From assembly GCA_044451945.1 (NCBI GenBank), contig JBIOKR010000001.1, forward strand, positions 7,672 to 71,671: DNA of 64,000 bases, read 5' to 3'. How positions within the stretch are numbered: position 1 is the first letter of the stretch; each line of letters opens with the position of its first letter. Of the stretch, positions 15,923-25,597 are shown in pieces. This stretch comes from Candidatus Lutacidiplasmatales archaeon (GTDB taxonomy: Archaea > Thermoplasmatota > Thermoplasmata > Lutacidiplasmatales > UBA184). The position numbers were made by a program, and so were the translations under genes. The notes under the pieces were generated by a model, which was not told where the DNA came from, ran no database searches, and saw only the letters and a program-made list of their open reading frames with translations.

Positions 15923-16312
15923 GACTTCACCAAGAGCCGGCTCGCCAGGGCGTTCCGCCGGCGGTCTGGGAGGAATCGTACGCCCCTAAGGGGGTCCTCG
16001 GTCAAGCGCCCGCCCCGAGGATTCGCGTAGCGAGTTTCTGGGGGTTTGAGGCCCAGGCGTCACAGTATCCGGGGATCGTCAACGCCTCCGGCTCCTTGAC
16101 GGGGTGAATCCAACTCTACTAACGATTGATATGCGACCCTCGGCTTCGGTAGAAAGAGGCCACGGCGGGTGGCGCTACAACCAGCCCATGGGGCGGGTTT
16201 CCGCCCCGGGGCCCTGATTCAACGGCCTTGGCACTGGAAGGCGGACGAGACCGAGCACTTCTGATTGCGGTCGTCACCCCCCAGATCCCAGAAATCGGTG
16301 GTGTTACGAATC

Positions 16313-17281
16313 ATGGTGAACTCCGAGAAGTCCTTCGCGATATCTACCGACGGACTTTCGAAATCCTACGCCTCCGTCACGGCCTTGAAAGGCCTCAACC
16401 TCAGGGTTCCTGAGAAGTCGATCTTCGGACTACTAGGGCCGAACGGAGCAGGGAAGACCACGACCATCAAGCTGCTTCTTGGGTTGCTTAGGCCGACGGC
16501 GGGCGGAGGCACCTTGCTCGGTCAGGACATCCTGAGGAACAGTGTGGACGTCCGGAGGCGTATCGGCTACTTGGCTCAGAATCCGAGCTACTACGGCTAC
16601 ATGACAGCTCGTGAAGTTCTGAGATTCAAATTTCGCTTCTACTGTTCGGGTGAAAGATCGGCGCTGGAGGAGCGTGTCGAAGAGACGCTCGACATGGTCG
16701 GTCTCAGGGACAAGGCAGATCGACCCATCAGCGGCTTCTCGGGTGGTGAACGACAGCGTTTGGGCCTTGCTCAGGCGCAAGTCCACCACCCGGAACTTCT
16801 CATTCTCGATGAGCCGGCCGCGAACCTGGACCCAATGGGGCGGCACGATGTGCTCAAGCTCATGGAAAGGCTCCGAGAGCATTCTACCGTCGTGTACTCG
16901 ACCCACATCCTCAACGACGTGCAGCACATCAGCGATACGGTGGCCATCCTCAAGGGTGGGGAGCTCCTGGCTCAGGCGCCGATCGCGGAGCTCCTCCGGG
17001 GCTCGGGTGGCGTCGTATACGACCTCACACTGAAGGGCCCGTACCAGGAGGTCTGCGACCGGATCCAGAAGTTGCCTTGGGTCACCAAAGTTCACGTCGT
17101 TCACTCCGATTCTCGGACGACATTAGAAGTCGGCGTGACCGACGAGGAGAAGGCGGAAGAGGAGCTTCCAAGGCTGGCGCTCCTCGGCGACAAATCGGTG
17201 CTTTCTGAATTCGGGAAGAAGCGCTACGCGCTCGAGGACATCTTCATGGACATCGTGGAGGGGGGGAAAAGTGGAGCCTGA
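16313..17281 (+). CDS. ABC transporter ATP-binding protein
   Basis: Walker A GPNGAGKTT, signature FSGGERQRL, Walker B LLILDEPAANLD. Start taken at ATG 16313 (MVNSEKSF). Confidence 0.92.
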   Translation: MVNSEKSFAISTDGLSKSYASVTALKGLNLRVPEKSIFGLLGPNGAGKTTTIKLLLGLLRPTAGGGTLLGQDILRNSVDVRRRIGYLAQNPSYYGYMTAREVLRFKFRFYCSGERSALEERVEETLDMVGLRDKADRPISGFSGGERQRLGLAQAQVHHPELLILDEPAANLDPMGRHDVLKLMERLREHSTVVYSTHILNDVQHISDTVAILKGGELLAQAPIAELLRGSGGVVYDLTLKGPYQEVCDRIQKLPWVTKVHVVHSDSRTTLEVGVTDEEKAEEELPRLALLGDKSVLSEFGKKRYALEDIFMDIVEGGKSGA

Positions 17282-18071
17282 GGTCCTGCTGCCTGCGACA
17301 GCCCCCTCCGGCATCTTCACCGGGCTTGGGAACAAGACACGCGAGGAAAACGCCCGGTGGTGGAACACCCGCGCCTGGCTGATCCAGGCCATGCTCTGGC
17401 TGGCCCTCATTGACGGGATCGCAACGATCGCGCTGATCCAGACGCGACACACCGAGCCGGGGTTCACCCTGAATGGCTTCATGAGCGTCTACATGGGCCT
17501 GATGGGTTGGTTCGTGGCCTTTGGAGTCATCATCCTGACCCAGAGCGACGTCATCGGGGAGAAGCAGTCGGGCACCGCCGAATGGGTCCTCTCCTCGCCC
17601 CTTTCCAGGGAGAGCTTCATCCTCTCCAAGCTGATCGTGAATCTCGTATGGCTCGTCGCCATCCTTGTCGTGCTCCAGGGAGTCGTGTTCAACCTGGTCC
17701 TCGGGGCTTTGGGGACTGGGACAATCGCGTGGTCGAGTCTCCTGGCAGGCCTGGGCCTTCAGGCATTGTACCTTGCCTTCTGGTTGACCTTGGTCCTGAT
17801 GCTCGGGACCTTTTTCCGGAACCGAAACGCAGTCATCGGTGTCCCGCTCATCCTGGTCTTCCTCCAAACCCTCATCCCGAGCATTGTGGGAGGGGCCGGT
17901 TCCTGGGTTTCGTTGCTCCTGCCTCAGAGGATACCGGACTATGCCATCGACCTAGTGCTCGGCAAGCCACTGCCATCACTTGCGCCCATACTCATCGTGA
18001 CGGGGGCGATCTTGGCGTTCGTCCTTCTCGCCATTCTCCGGTTCAACCGGGAGGAATTCACCGGGACCTAG
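17271..18071 (+). CDS. ABC-2 type transporter permease
   Basis: Multi-pass hydrophobic protein directly coupled to the ATPase; the GTG start overlaps the ATPase stop by 11 nt. Confidence 0.8.
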   Translation: MEPEVLLPATAPSGIFTGLGNKTREENARWWNTRAWLIQAMLWLALIDGIATIALIQTRHTEPGFTLNGFMSVYMGLMGWFVAFGVIILTQSDVIGEKQSGTAEWVLSSPLSRESFILSKLIVNLVWLVAILVVLQGVVFNLVLGALGTGTIAWSSLLAGLGLQALYLAFWLTLVLMLGTFFRNRNAVIGVPLILVFLQTLIPSIVGGAGSWVSLLLPQRIPDYAIDLVLGKPLPSLAPILIVTGAILAFVLLAILRFNREEFTGT

Positions 18072-18223
18072 TCAACGAGAAAGAGGGCCTGCCCTTCACG
18101 ACCAATGAAGGAAAGAGCGAGCGACGAGCTACGCGCCGGACCGCGATGACAGGCCGGTGAGTACTTCCTTAGGGCCCGTCGCCACTCTGATACGCGCACT
18201 CGCCTTGGAATCCGTCGGTCCGG

Positions 18224-18964
18224 ATGAAGTTCAACTGGGCGCGGTCGCTTCGTCTCACCCTCGCGACGACCGGAGCTGTGCTCCTTCTTCTTACCCTCTC
18301 GCTCGGATGGTGGACCATCACCACCGATTCGAACCCGTTGACTCTTCCCGGCGGTCACGACTACCATTTCCAAGCGACGGCGAGCTACCTTCCCGGTTCG
18401 TCCTTCCGATTCTGGTGTTCGGTGAACGACAGCTCTGCGCCGGGCTGGGGCACAATATGCCCCGGGACGCAGCCGATAGGGGAGCTCAATCCCTACAACG
18501 ATCCCATTTCGGGGTCGACTCATGTCGGGGCGCTGTACAATAACTTGGAGGTCGCGGTCTGGCTCATGGGCCTCATCGGGCTCGCGGGCGCCATCATGCT
18601 CGGGCTCCGGGGACTGATTTCGCCCGGTCGTCTCCGAACGGCGCTCGGTATCGGCTGGGTCGTACTCGTGGTCGCGGCGATACTCGCCTTCGCAGTCCCC
18701 CTCGGCGTACTGATGGCCCAGACGACCGCGTACTCGCAAGACCACCCCGGCGATTCCAGGTCGGTTGGCACATTCTGGGGCAGCTGCCAGTCCACGGGTG
18801 ATCCGACCGAATGCGGGTACAATACCACGGAGACTTGGGGGGCGGGTCCCGCTTGGTACCTCTCCTTCCTAGCTGGAGGCTTGCTGCTGACGGCCGCGTG
18901 CACAGAGCGTGCGTCCATCCGACGAGGTAATCCGGCGAGCTCCCCGAAGTCTCACGGCGATTAA
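18224..18964 (+). CDS. Hypothetical multi-pass membrane protein with Cys-containing ectodomain
   Basis: Signal/TM segment TGAVLLLLTLSLGWW and three further hydrophobic helices. No motif recognised. Confidence 0.6.
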   Translation: MKFNWARSLRLTLATTGAVLLLLTLSLGWWTITTDSNPLTLPGGHDYHFQATASYLPGSSFRFWCSVNDSSAPGWGTICPGTQPIGELNPYNDPISGSTHVGALYNNLEVAVWLMGLIGLAGAIMLGLRGLISPGRLRTALGIGWVVLVVAAILAFAVPLGVLMAQTTAYSQDHPGDSRSVGTFWGSCQSTGDPTECGYNTTETWGAGPAWYLSFLAGGLLLTAACTERASIRRGNPASSPKSHGD

Positions 18965-19208
18965 GGAGGGGTTCAGCAGAACCCCTCCCCCCATGTTGGC
19001 ACCACCGGCCGCCCATTGCCGACCCGCACGGTGGGGGGAGGAGGTAAGGGCCCTCTCCCCGCGGGCCGCCATCCCTCCACTTCGTGGCCATGGATCCCCG
19101 CGTTACGGTCCGCGGCTTGCTCGCATTCGATAGGGACCCTCGAGAGTTTGAGGCTCCCGCGCGGCGCACCGCAGCGGTAAGTAGGCTGCGAATCTGCCCG
19201 TCTCCTCG

Positions 19209-21650
19209 ATGCCGCGTCGGCCGCCTGTGCTTCGGGGTCTCGCCGCGACCTTGCTGGTCACGGCACTGTTCCTGCTCACGAGTGGGCCGCGTTCGATGGC
19301 TGCATGGCCCCCTCCTCCCTCCGGAGAGACTCACCAGGTGGGGGTGGTCCCCTCGGAGTACGTGAACCTCAGCGACCTCGCCTCGAATTGGACGTCGGAC
19401 TTCGAGTCCGTGGCCTGGCCCACCGGTACGTTCTCGGCGATCGAGCTCGAACTTACCCTCACCAACTACGGAGATCCATGGGACCGGGCAGAGTGGGTCG
19501 ACCTCAACAACGTGACGCTGATGGACGTGACGACATTGGAGAACTCCTCCAATAACAACAGAGTCCAGAGCTTCTCGGCGAACCTGACCGAATACGAGTC
19601 GCTGTTTGCCGCTCCCGGGCACATCTGGTGGGCGGCGATGCCGAACTGGATCTCCCCGTGCGATGCGAAGAGCACCGGTTGCTGGTCCGCCGTACTCTCC
19701 TTCCACTTCGAGAGGGGCCCCACTCCCCCCGGACTGCCGTCGGTCGTCCCCATCCTCCCGTTCGCCACCTTGAGCCGGGCCGCCCCCGCGGTCAATGGGA
19801 CCCTCAGGGTCCCTGGCTCCTTCTCGCGCGCGGAGGCGGTCGTCTTCCAGGAAGGTCAGAGCAACGACGAGTTCTGGTACGCCCAACCGTTCGCGAGCCG
19901 GGAGCTCCTCTGGCAGTGGAACAACCAGACCGTCCTGGCGGTCCTGCCGATCCCGTTCATCAACTCCGGGGGGGCGCTCGGGGGAACGAACGACCTTGCA
20001 GAATGGAACGGAACGCCCGCGCCCGGCACCGGGGCCCGGCCGGCGGTGACGGCCGACCTCACCCCCTGGCTGGGGCTTCTCGGCCAGAACCCGTGGTACA
20101 ACTTCACCGTCGTGGACAACGGGGACTATTGGCAGATCGGGCTCGCGATGTTCCTCTGGGCGGCCACCGATCATCGCTCACCGGGCGCTTCGGAAGGGTC
20201 CGTCAACGACACCCTGGGCTCCCGCTCGGGGCACATCGAGGGAAGCTCTCACGCCAACTTCACCGAACCGTTCGCGCTCGAGGAGTACAACCTGAGCTGG
20301 GCCCAGTTCCTGAACACCTCGGGGTCGTCTTTCTACCTCGCGACGGTGCAGTCGGCGACGGACCGGGTGGCCTCGACGAGTGTCACCCTCTCCCGCGTCT
20401 CCACCGTCCAGACCGTCTTTGACGTCCGGGTCGACAGTTCCGGCGCGGTGCACATCGACGACCTCGTCAACTGGAGCAATACTACCCGGGTCGAAGGGAA
20501 CGGGCAGAACGCGACCGTTTCCGAACTGGGTTGGGAGGCCTGGACGATCGACGGCACGACCGGCGGGCTCGCATCGACCGAGCACTGGAGCTCGACCGGC
20601 TCGTCCCGGGGGAATTACTCCGCCCCGACGTCGGCGTTCGCCGGTGCCTGGGGATTCTTTGAGAACCGAACCTCGAAGAACGGTGTGGGCAGCTCCAGCC
20701 CTCGAACCCACACGGCTTCCGGGGAGCCGCCGGTCGCACTTCCGGGCCGGTTCGTCGTCGCGCCGGCCGATGAAGCGCTGGTGCGGGGACCGCTCTTGGT
20801 AGACGTTTTGACGAGCCCCGTGTGCGCCGGAACGAGCGCGGTCACCTTCGGCGACGAGAATCTGTCGGTGCCGTCCAACGACGCGGTCGTGGTGAACGTC
20901 CCGTCGCTCCCGAACGGGACCTACCTACTGAACGTCTCCACCCCCACTCCCCTCGGGCCGTCTCAGGTGGCGCTCACGATACGGGTCACCGGGTGGGAGC
21001 CCCCGTACGTCTCACCGCTCATCGTGAACGCTTCCGACTCCGCCGACGCCGGAGAGGTCCCGTGGCTGGCCTCGTTCTCTGGTGCCGGTCAAGGAGGTAC
21101 GCCCCCCTACTCACTCGCCTGGACCTTTGGGGACGGAGGGGTCGCCAACGTCACGAATGCGACACATCGCTACACAACCACGGGAAACTTCGCGGTCCGG
21201 ATCACCGCCACGGACGCCGCCGGCCGCACCGCCCACGCCGACCTGACCGTCCAGGTCTTCCCCGCGTTGTCGGTCCGGCTCGAGAGCGCGTCGGTGCGAT
21301 GGACCGAGGGAGTCCAAACGATCGTACGCGCGAATGTCTCTGGCGGGGATGGGCCAATGAACTACTCGTGGGAACCGAGACCCACCGGTTGCCGGGTCGC
21401 CACTCAGGATGTGTTGAGCTGCGCTCCATCTGCCCTCGGAGCGGTCGATGTCCAGCTCACCGTAACGGACGCGCTCGGCTACTCGGCCGCCGCACAGTTC
21501 AATGCGACTGTGCTGCCCCCGAGATCGGTGGATACGGGCACCGGTGGACCTCTCCTTCTGACCGGAGGGGTAACGCTAGGGGCCAGCGCCCTCGCCGTCG
21601 CGGGCATCGTCAGGTGGCGATACCGAGGAAAGCGGCGGCGGTCTGGCTGA
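19209..21650 (+). CDS. Large secreted, C-terminally anchored glycoprotein with PKD repeats; N-terminal PNGase A-like region (tentative)
   Basis: Signal peptide LAATLLVTALFLLTSG. YGDPWDRAEWVDLNNVTLMDVTTLENS resembles the DR...v.l..TT.EP core of PNGase A. PKD signature YSLAWTFGDGG...THRYTTTGNFAVRITATDAAGR. C-terminal TM helix plus RWRYRGKRRRSG. Many N-x-S/T sequons. Confidence 0.8.
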   Translation: MPRRPPVLRGLAATLLVTALFLLTSGPRSMAAWPPPPSGETHQVGVVPSEYVNLSDLASNWTSDFESVAWPTGTFSAIELELTLTNYGDPWDRAEWVDLNNVTLMDVTTLENSSNNNRVQSFSANLTEYESLFAAPGHIWWAAMPNWISPCDAKSTGCWSAVLSFHFERGPTPPGLPSVVPILPFATLSRAAPAVNGTLRVPGSFSRAEAVVFQEGQSNDEFWYAQPFASRELLWQWNNQTVLAVLPIPFINSGGALGGTNDLAEWNGTPAPGTGARPAVTADLTPWLGLLGQNPWYNFTVVDNGDYWQIGLAMFLWAATDHRSPGASEGSVNDTLGSRSGHIEGSSHANFTEPFALEEYNLSWAQFLNTSGSSFYLATVQSATDRVASTSVTLSRVSTVQTVFDVRVDSSGAVHIDDLVNWSNTTRVEGNGQNATVSELGWEAWTIDGTTGGLASTEHWSSTGSSRGNYSAPTSAFAGAWGFFENRTSKNGVGSSSPRTHTASGEPPVALPGRFVVAPADEALVRGPLLVDVLTSPVCAGTSAVTFGDENLSVPSNDAVVVNVPSLPNGTYLLNVSTPTPLGPSQVALTIRVTGWEPPYVSPLIVNASDSADAGEVPWLASFSGAGQGGTPPYSLAWTFGDGGVANVTNATHRYTTTGNFAVRITATDAAGRTAHADLTVQVFPALSVRLESASVRWTEGVQTIVRANVSGGDGPMNYSWEPRPTGCRVATQDVLSCAPSALGAVDVQLTVTDALGYSAAAQFNATVLPPRSVDTGTGGPLLLTGGVTLGASALAVAGIVRWRYRGKRRRSG

Positions 21651-21769
21651 GCGAGCGCGGGACCCATAGTCTCGCCGGGCGGCAGCGCCGGCGTGCCCGC
21701 CCGTTTGGTGTGAGGCGCCGCTTCCGGTCCGGTCGAGTCTCGCCCTCCTCCAGGGGGTGGGGCCTTTGC

Positions 21770-22579
21770 TCACGTGAAGGTGATGGAGGTGAGCTTCGTG
21801 CTCTTCCCGGAACCGGCAAGGCTCAGGAGCGCGCTCGCGGTACTGGGCCCCTTCGAGCTCGCCTGGGCGTACGCCGAGATGTCGATGGCGGTCGTGATCG
21901 AGTATACGTGGCCCGACACGAGCGTTTGGTTGAGATACATCGAGACGGTCGCGGAGGAGATGTTGCTCACCGTGCCGTTGCTGATCGCGCTGAAGAAGCC
22001 CCAACTGTTCGCGGGCGAGAGGTACGTCAGGTTCGTTTCGTCCAGCAGCCAGAGCACCGCCACGACGAATGAGGAGGCGTAACCGCCCCCCGTGAACTTG
22101 GGTCCCTTGCTCACGGACACGGTCGAGCTCCACGCCACGGACCAGTGCGCCACGACATGGTGGACTCCGCTGACGTGGGTGAACGTCCGGGTGAAATACC
22201 CTGAGCCGCCCCCGATCTTCACCCAGTTGTACCCGAGCGGCGAACCGCAGGACTTGGCGGCGGCCTTGACGGCGACCTTGGCCACGCCGGAGGAGGTGGT
22301 GAACTTCGGGTGGGTAGTAATGGTCCCCTTCACGCCGCAGCCGAGCGTGGAGAGGGACGTGCTGACCAGCCCCTTCCCGTTGTACGGCGGCGCATACGTG
22401 GAGAGCGGATGACTCGGCGCCGCCTGGGCGATCGGCACGAGGAGCAGTAGGGCCGCCACGCCCGCCCCACCGAGGGCGGGAGCGATCTTCGACCAGATGG
22501 GTCGCTGAGGTCGCGCCCGTGGGGCTGTCGAGGTCGTGGTCTCGCTCACTATTCGCTTCATCGCATCCCGTGGATTCAT
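21770..22579 (-). CDS. Secreted sequon-rich protein (paralogue of 14027-14974)
   Basis: Signal/TM segment APALGGAGVAALLLLVPIAQA. Shares motifs with the island-borne 315-aa protein. Confidence 0.65.
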   Translation of the reverse strand: MNPRDAMKRIVSETTTSTAPRARPQRPIWSKIAPALGGAGVAALLLLVPIAQAAPSHPLSTYAPPYNGKGLVSTSLSTLGCGVKGTITTHPKFTTSSGVAKVAVKAAAKSCGSPLGYNWVKIGGGSGYFTRTFTHVSGVHHVVAHWSVAWSSTVSVSKGPKFTGGGYASSFVVAVLWLLDETNLTYLSPANSWGFFSAISNGTVSNISSATVSMYLNQTLVSGHVYSITTAIDISAYAQASSKGPSTASALLSLAGSGKSTKLTSITFT

Positions 22580-22870
22580 CGACGTCTAACCGGCCTAAGC
22601 CCGCGGCCTGACGGCGCGACAGGACCTGGTCCGTCCGCCCACTTGCCTCCCCTACTTATCGTGCGGGGCTGACGTATCGTTGCCGAGCCGCGCGCGAGAG
22701 GAAGAGCCCACAACGCCAAGGCCTTCGGTCGAGATGCCGGAGCGATCCTCCGCGGCCCGACCGCAACCCGTTCCGCAGGCGGTGCGAGGAGCCGCAGAGC
22801 ATCGCGACACGCCCCTACGGGCCAATTCGTTCTCGACCCTTCAAATACGGCCTCACCGCCAATTCACCGT

Positions 22871-24046
22871 ATGGCCCCGTCCCCCTCCCCGGCGCAGGCG
22901 TCCATCCCATCGGCGGCGTCGGAGGGCAGCGAGCCGTCGCAGCCGGGGCTTCCTCGCCATGGAGGTCTTGGAAAACCGTTCTCCCGCCTCGTCGCCTACC
23001 TGCGTGCCCGGCCCGCGCTCTGTCTTCTTCTGATGTCGCCGGGGATCCCCGAGTACCTCTCTGGTTCGTCCAAGCTCGGCCTCCTGGCGGTAAATCCGGG
23101 CGCGTTCCTGCTCTTTCTCGGACTCAACCTGGGGCTCTACGTCCCGGGAGTACTCCTCGTCCGGGAGGCTTGCGTGCGTTGGGGCAAGGGCTGGGCGAGC
23201 ATTCTGCTGCTCGGCGCGGCGTACGGGATCGTAGAGGAGGGGATTGCTCTCAACACAATGTTCAACCCGAACGCCTCGGTCGTCGGCGCGCTGGGCGGCT
23301 ACGGCCACTTCGACGGGGTCAACACCGTCTGGATTCCCGGCGTCCTCATCGTCCACATGGTCTACTCGATCGGACTTCCGATCCTGCTCCTCGGCTTGGC
23401 GGTTCCCGAATCCAAGGGACGGCGACTGCTCACTCGTCAGGGACTCGCCGCCGCACTGTCCGTCTTGGCCGTCGATATGACGCTGCTCCTGGTCGGATTC
23501 AATCTGCTCGCGGAGCACTTTTGGATGGGCTGGCCGATCTTCTTCGGCTCTCTCGCTGCGATCGCCCTGCTGGTCGCGGCCAGCTACTATCTGCCGGCGA
23601 CCTGGCCCCGATTGCGCAATCGCCCTCCTCCCTCCGTGACCCCGACCCGGGCCGGAGTCGTCGGCGCCGCGCTCCTTCCAGGGGTCTTCCTGCTCCAGGG
23701 GATCCTTCAGACGGTCGGGGCACCTCCCGAACTGGCGATCGTTGCGGTGATGACCCTCGGCGTTTCCGAGGCCGCCTTCGCCTACTGGTTCTTCGGCTCG
23801 GGGGGGAACCGACGGGGACTGCTCGGGTTCTCCCTCGGTCTCCTCCTGCCGATCGTATGCATCGGACTACTCGGGAACTTCCCCCTGGAGCTGGTCATCG
23901 TGGCGGACGCTGCCGTCTATATGCTCTTCCGCCACCTGTTTGCGAACGCTCCAGCGGTAGAGTCGGAAGTGCTTCGGCCGGGATCCCCCGAAGGAGTCCC
24001 TGGCCCTCCGCGCTACGTGCCGCGCCTCACTCGGCCCGAGGGCTAA
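22871..24046 (+). CDS. Hypothetical polytopic membrane protein
   Basis: About 9 hydrophobic helices across 391 aa. No motif recognised. Confidence 0.65.
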   Translation: MAPSPSPAQASIPSAASEGSEPSQPGLPRHGGLGKPFSRLVAYLRARPALCLLLMSPGIPEYLSGSSKLGLLAVNPGAFLLFLGLNLGLYVPGVLLVREACVRWGKGWASILLLGAAYGIVEEGIALNTMFNPNASVVGALGGYGHFDGVNTVWIPGVLIVHMVYSIGLPILLLGLAVPESKGRRLLTRQGLAAALSVLAVDMTLLLVGFNLLAEHFWMGWPIFFGSLAAIALLVAASYYLPATWPRLRNRPPPSVTPTRAGVVGAALLPGVFLLQGILQTVGAPPELAIVAVMTLGVSEAAFAYWFFGSGGNRRGLLGFSLGLLLPIVCIGLLGNFPLELVIVADAAVYMLFRHLFANAPAVESEVLRPGSPEGVPGPPRYVPRLTRPEG

Positions 24047-24196
24047 CGGGCCGCCGTCGGGCGATGAGAAGCCGGAGCCCCGACGCCCCCGCGGGAGGAT
24101 GGCCGGACGTCCGGGCGCCTCCCAAACCCGGAAGCGTTCCGACGCGCCGAGGGAACGGTTAAGGCCGCCGGCTCGTTCGACCCGCAGCGAGGTGCC

Positions 24197-25435
24197 GTGC
24201 CCCCCAAAGTTCTGACGATCGCGACATCGCTTGGCGTCCTTTTTCTCATGTTGGCGGGACAAGGCCTCTCGGCCGGAGCTGGTGGCTCGACCGCCCCCCA
24301 CTTCCTTTCCAGCGCATCGGCCGAACCGTCCATCATCGTGAGAGGTTCCGCCCACCCCGGGGCCATCTCGTGCTCCGGGAGCGGGCTCTGCCCCTCGCAG
24401 CTCCGCCAGGCCTACAATTTCACCGGACTTGTCAACAACGCGAGCACGAACGGGACCGGACAGTCGATCGTCATCGTCGACGCCTGCGGCGATTCGAAGA
24501 TCGCGAGCGACCTGACGACCTTCGACAAGGCGTTCCATTTGCCCGCGGCGACGTTGACCGTCTATCACCCGCAAGGGACCCCCTGCGCCCAGACGAGTTG
24601 GGCGATCGAGACCGCGCTCGACGTCGAGTGGTCGCACGCGATGGCTCCCGGTGCCGCGATCAACCTCGTCATCGCTTCGAAATCGACCGACGCGTCGCTC
24701 TACGCGGCCTGGAATTACTCGCTCCTAAACAAGCTCGGATTGCAGATATCGAACTCCTGGGGCGGCAACGGCGGGTGCAGTTCGGTTCCCAAAACGATCA
24801 TCGCCACTGCGGCGGCCGCTGGGGTGACCGTTCTCGCCTCCGCCGGAGACTCGGGGGCGTGGGGATCCGGAACGCGGGCCAAGGTGCAGCTTCCGGCCGA
24901 CTGCAACCAGACGATCGCCGTCGGCGGCACCACGCTCTCCATGTCGAAGGGCGGGGGGTACGGCTCCGAGTCGGCGTGGGGAGGCTCGGGCGGCGGCTAC
25001 GTCACCGGAACCGTGGAGCCGCTCGACCAAAAGGCCGCGAAGATCCCGGACAGCTACAAGCAGGTCGCCAAACCGGACGTCTCGGCGGTCGCCGACCCGT
25101 TGACGGGCGTGTGGGTCTACGAGCAGCGGCTCGGCGGGTGGACGGTCGTCGGCGGGACGAGCGTCTCCTGCCCGCTGTGGGCCGGGTTCGTCGCGGACGC
25201 GAACTCCTGGCGCGCGGCGAACTCGTTCGGGTCGCTCGGTGCGTTCGGCGCCTACCTGTATCTTCACGTCTACGGGGCGGGCGGCCTCTCTGCGAACTAC
25301 TCGGCGACGATCCACGACGTCACCACGGGCTCGAACGGCTGGTCCGCCGGAACGGGCTGGGATGCCGCGACCGGCATCGGCTCGTTCAACGCCTACCCGC
25401 TCGCGCAACAGCTCGGGAACGACCCCGCGGCCTAG
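24197..25435 (+). CDS. S53-family serine-carboxyl peptidase (sedolisin/kumamolisin-like), secreted
   Basis: SIVIVDACGD, ETALDVEWSHAMAPGA, SNSWGG, ASAGDSGAWG, GGTSVSCPLWAGF (catalytic Ser context). GTG start with signal peptide. Confidence 0.85.
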   Translation: MPPKVLTIATSLGVLFLMLAGQGLSAGAGGSTAPHFLSSASAEPSIIVRGSAHPGAISCSGSGLCPSQLRQAYNFTGLVNNASTNGTGQSIVIVDACGDSKIASDLTTFDKAFHLPAATLTVYHPQGTPCAQTSWAIETALDVEWSHAMAPGAAINLVIASKSTDASLYAAWNYSLLNKLGLQISNSWGGNGGCSSVPKTIIATAAAAGVTVLASAGDSGAWGSGTRAKVQLPADCNQTIAVGGTTLSMSKGGGYGSESAWGGSGGGYVTGTVEPLDQKAAKIPDSYKQVAKPDVSAVADPLTGVWVYEQRLGGWTVVGGTSVSCPLWAGFVADANSWRAANSFGSLGAFGAYLYLHVYGAGGLSANYSATIHDVTTGSNGWSAGTGWDAATGIGSFNAYPLAQQLGNDPAA

Positions 25436-25597
25436 GGGAATCCCTTCAGGCACTCCTCTGCGACCGTGACTCGGCGAGGGATACCTCGACCGCCCCCGGG
25501 GATCCCCGCCGCCGTAGGCAGATCGTCGCTCTCACCGGAGGGCGGAACGGTCCGCCCTCCCGCGAGAACTCATAAGTCGCATCTTCTACGAACGGGT

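Noticed and set aside
16190-16207. Perfect 7-bp hairpin GGGGCGG-GTTT-CCGCCCC as a terminator or ncRNA
   Set aside because: It is not followed by a T-run, which is the archaeal termination signal. It is isolated, and short GC hairpins are expected by chance at this base composition.
18594-20174. 526-aa minus-strand ORF, and similar long ORFs: 14055-15356, 20822-22072, 25673-26914, 28085-29875, 29875-30957, 31059-32264, 34043-35440, 37339-38751, 39098-40762, 40747-41724, 45171-46208, 49462-50688, 50803-52056, 54409-55773, 58624-59799, 61589-62902, 62641-63612
   Set aside because: All are Arg/Pro/Gly/Asp-rich with no motifs. They lie antisense or out of frame to genes with clear family signatures, which is typical of shadow ORFs in high-GC DNA.
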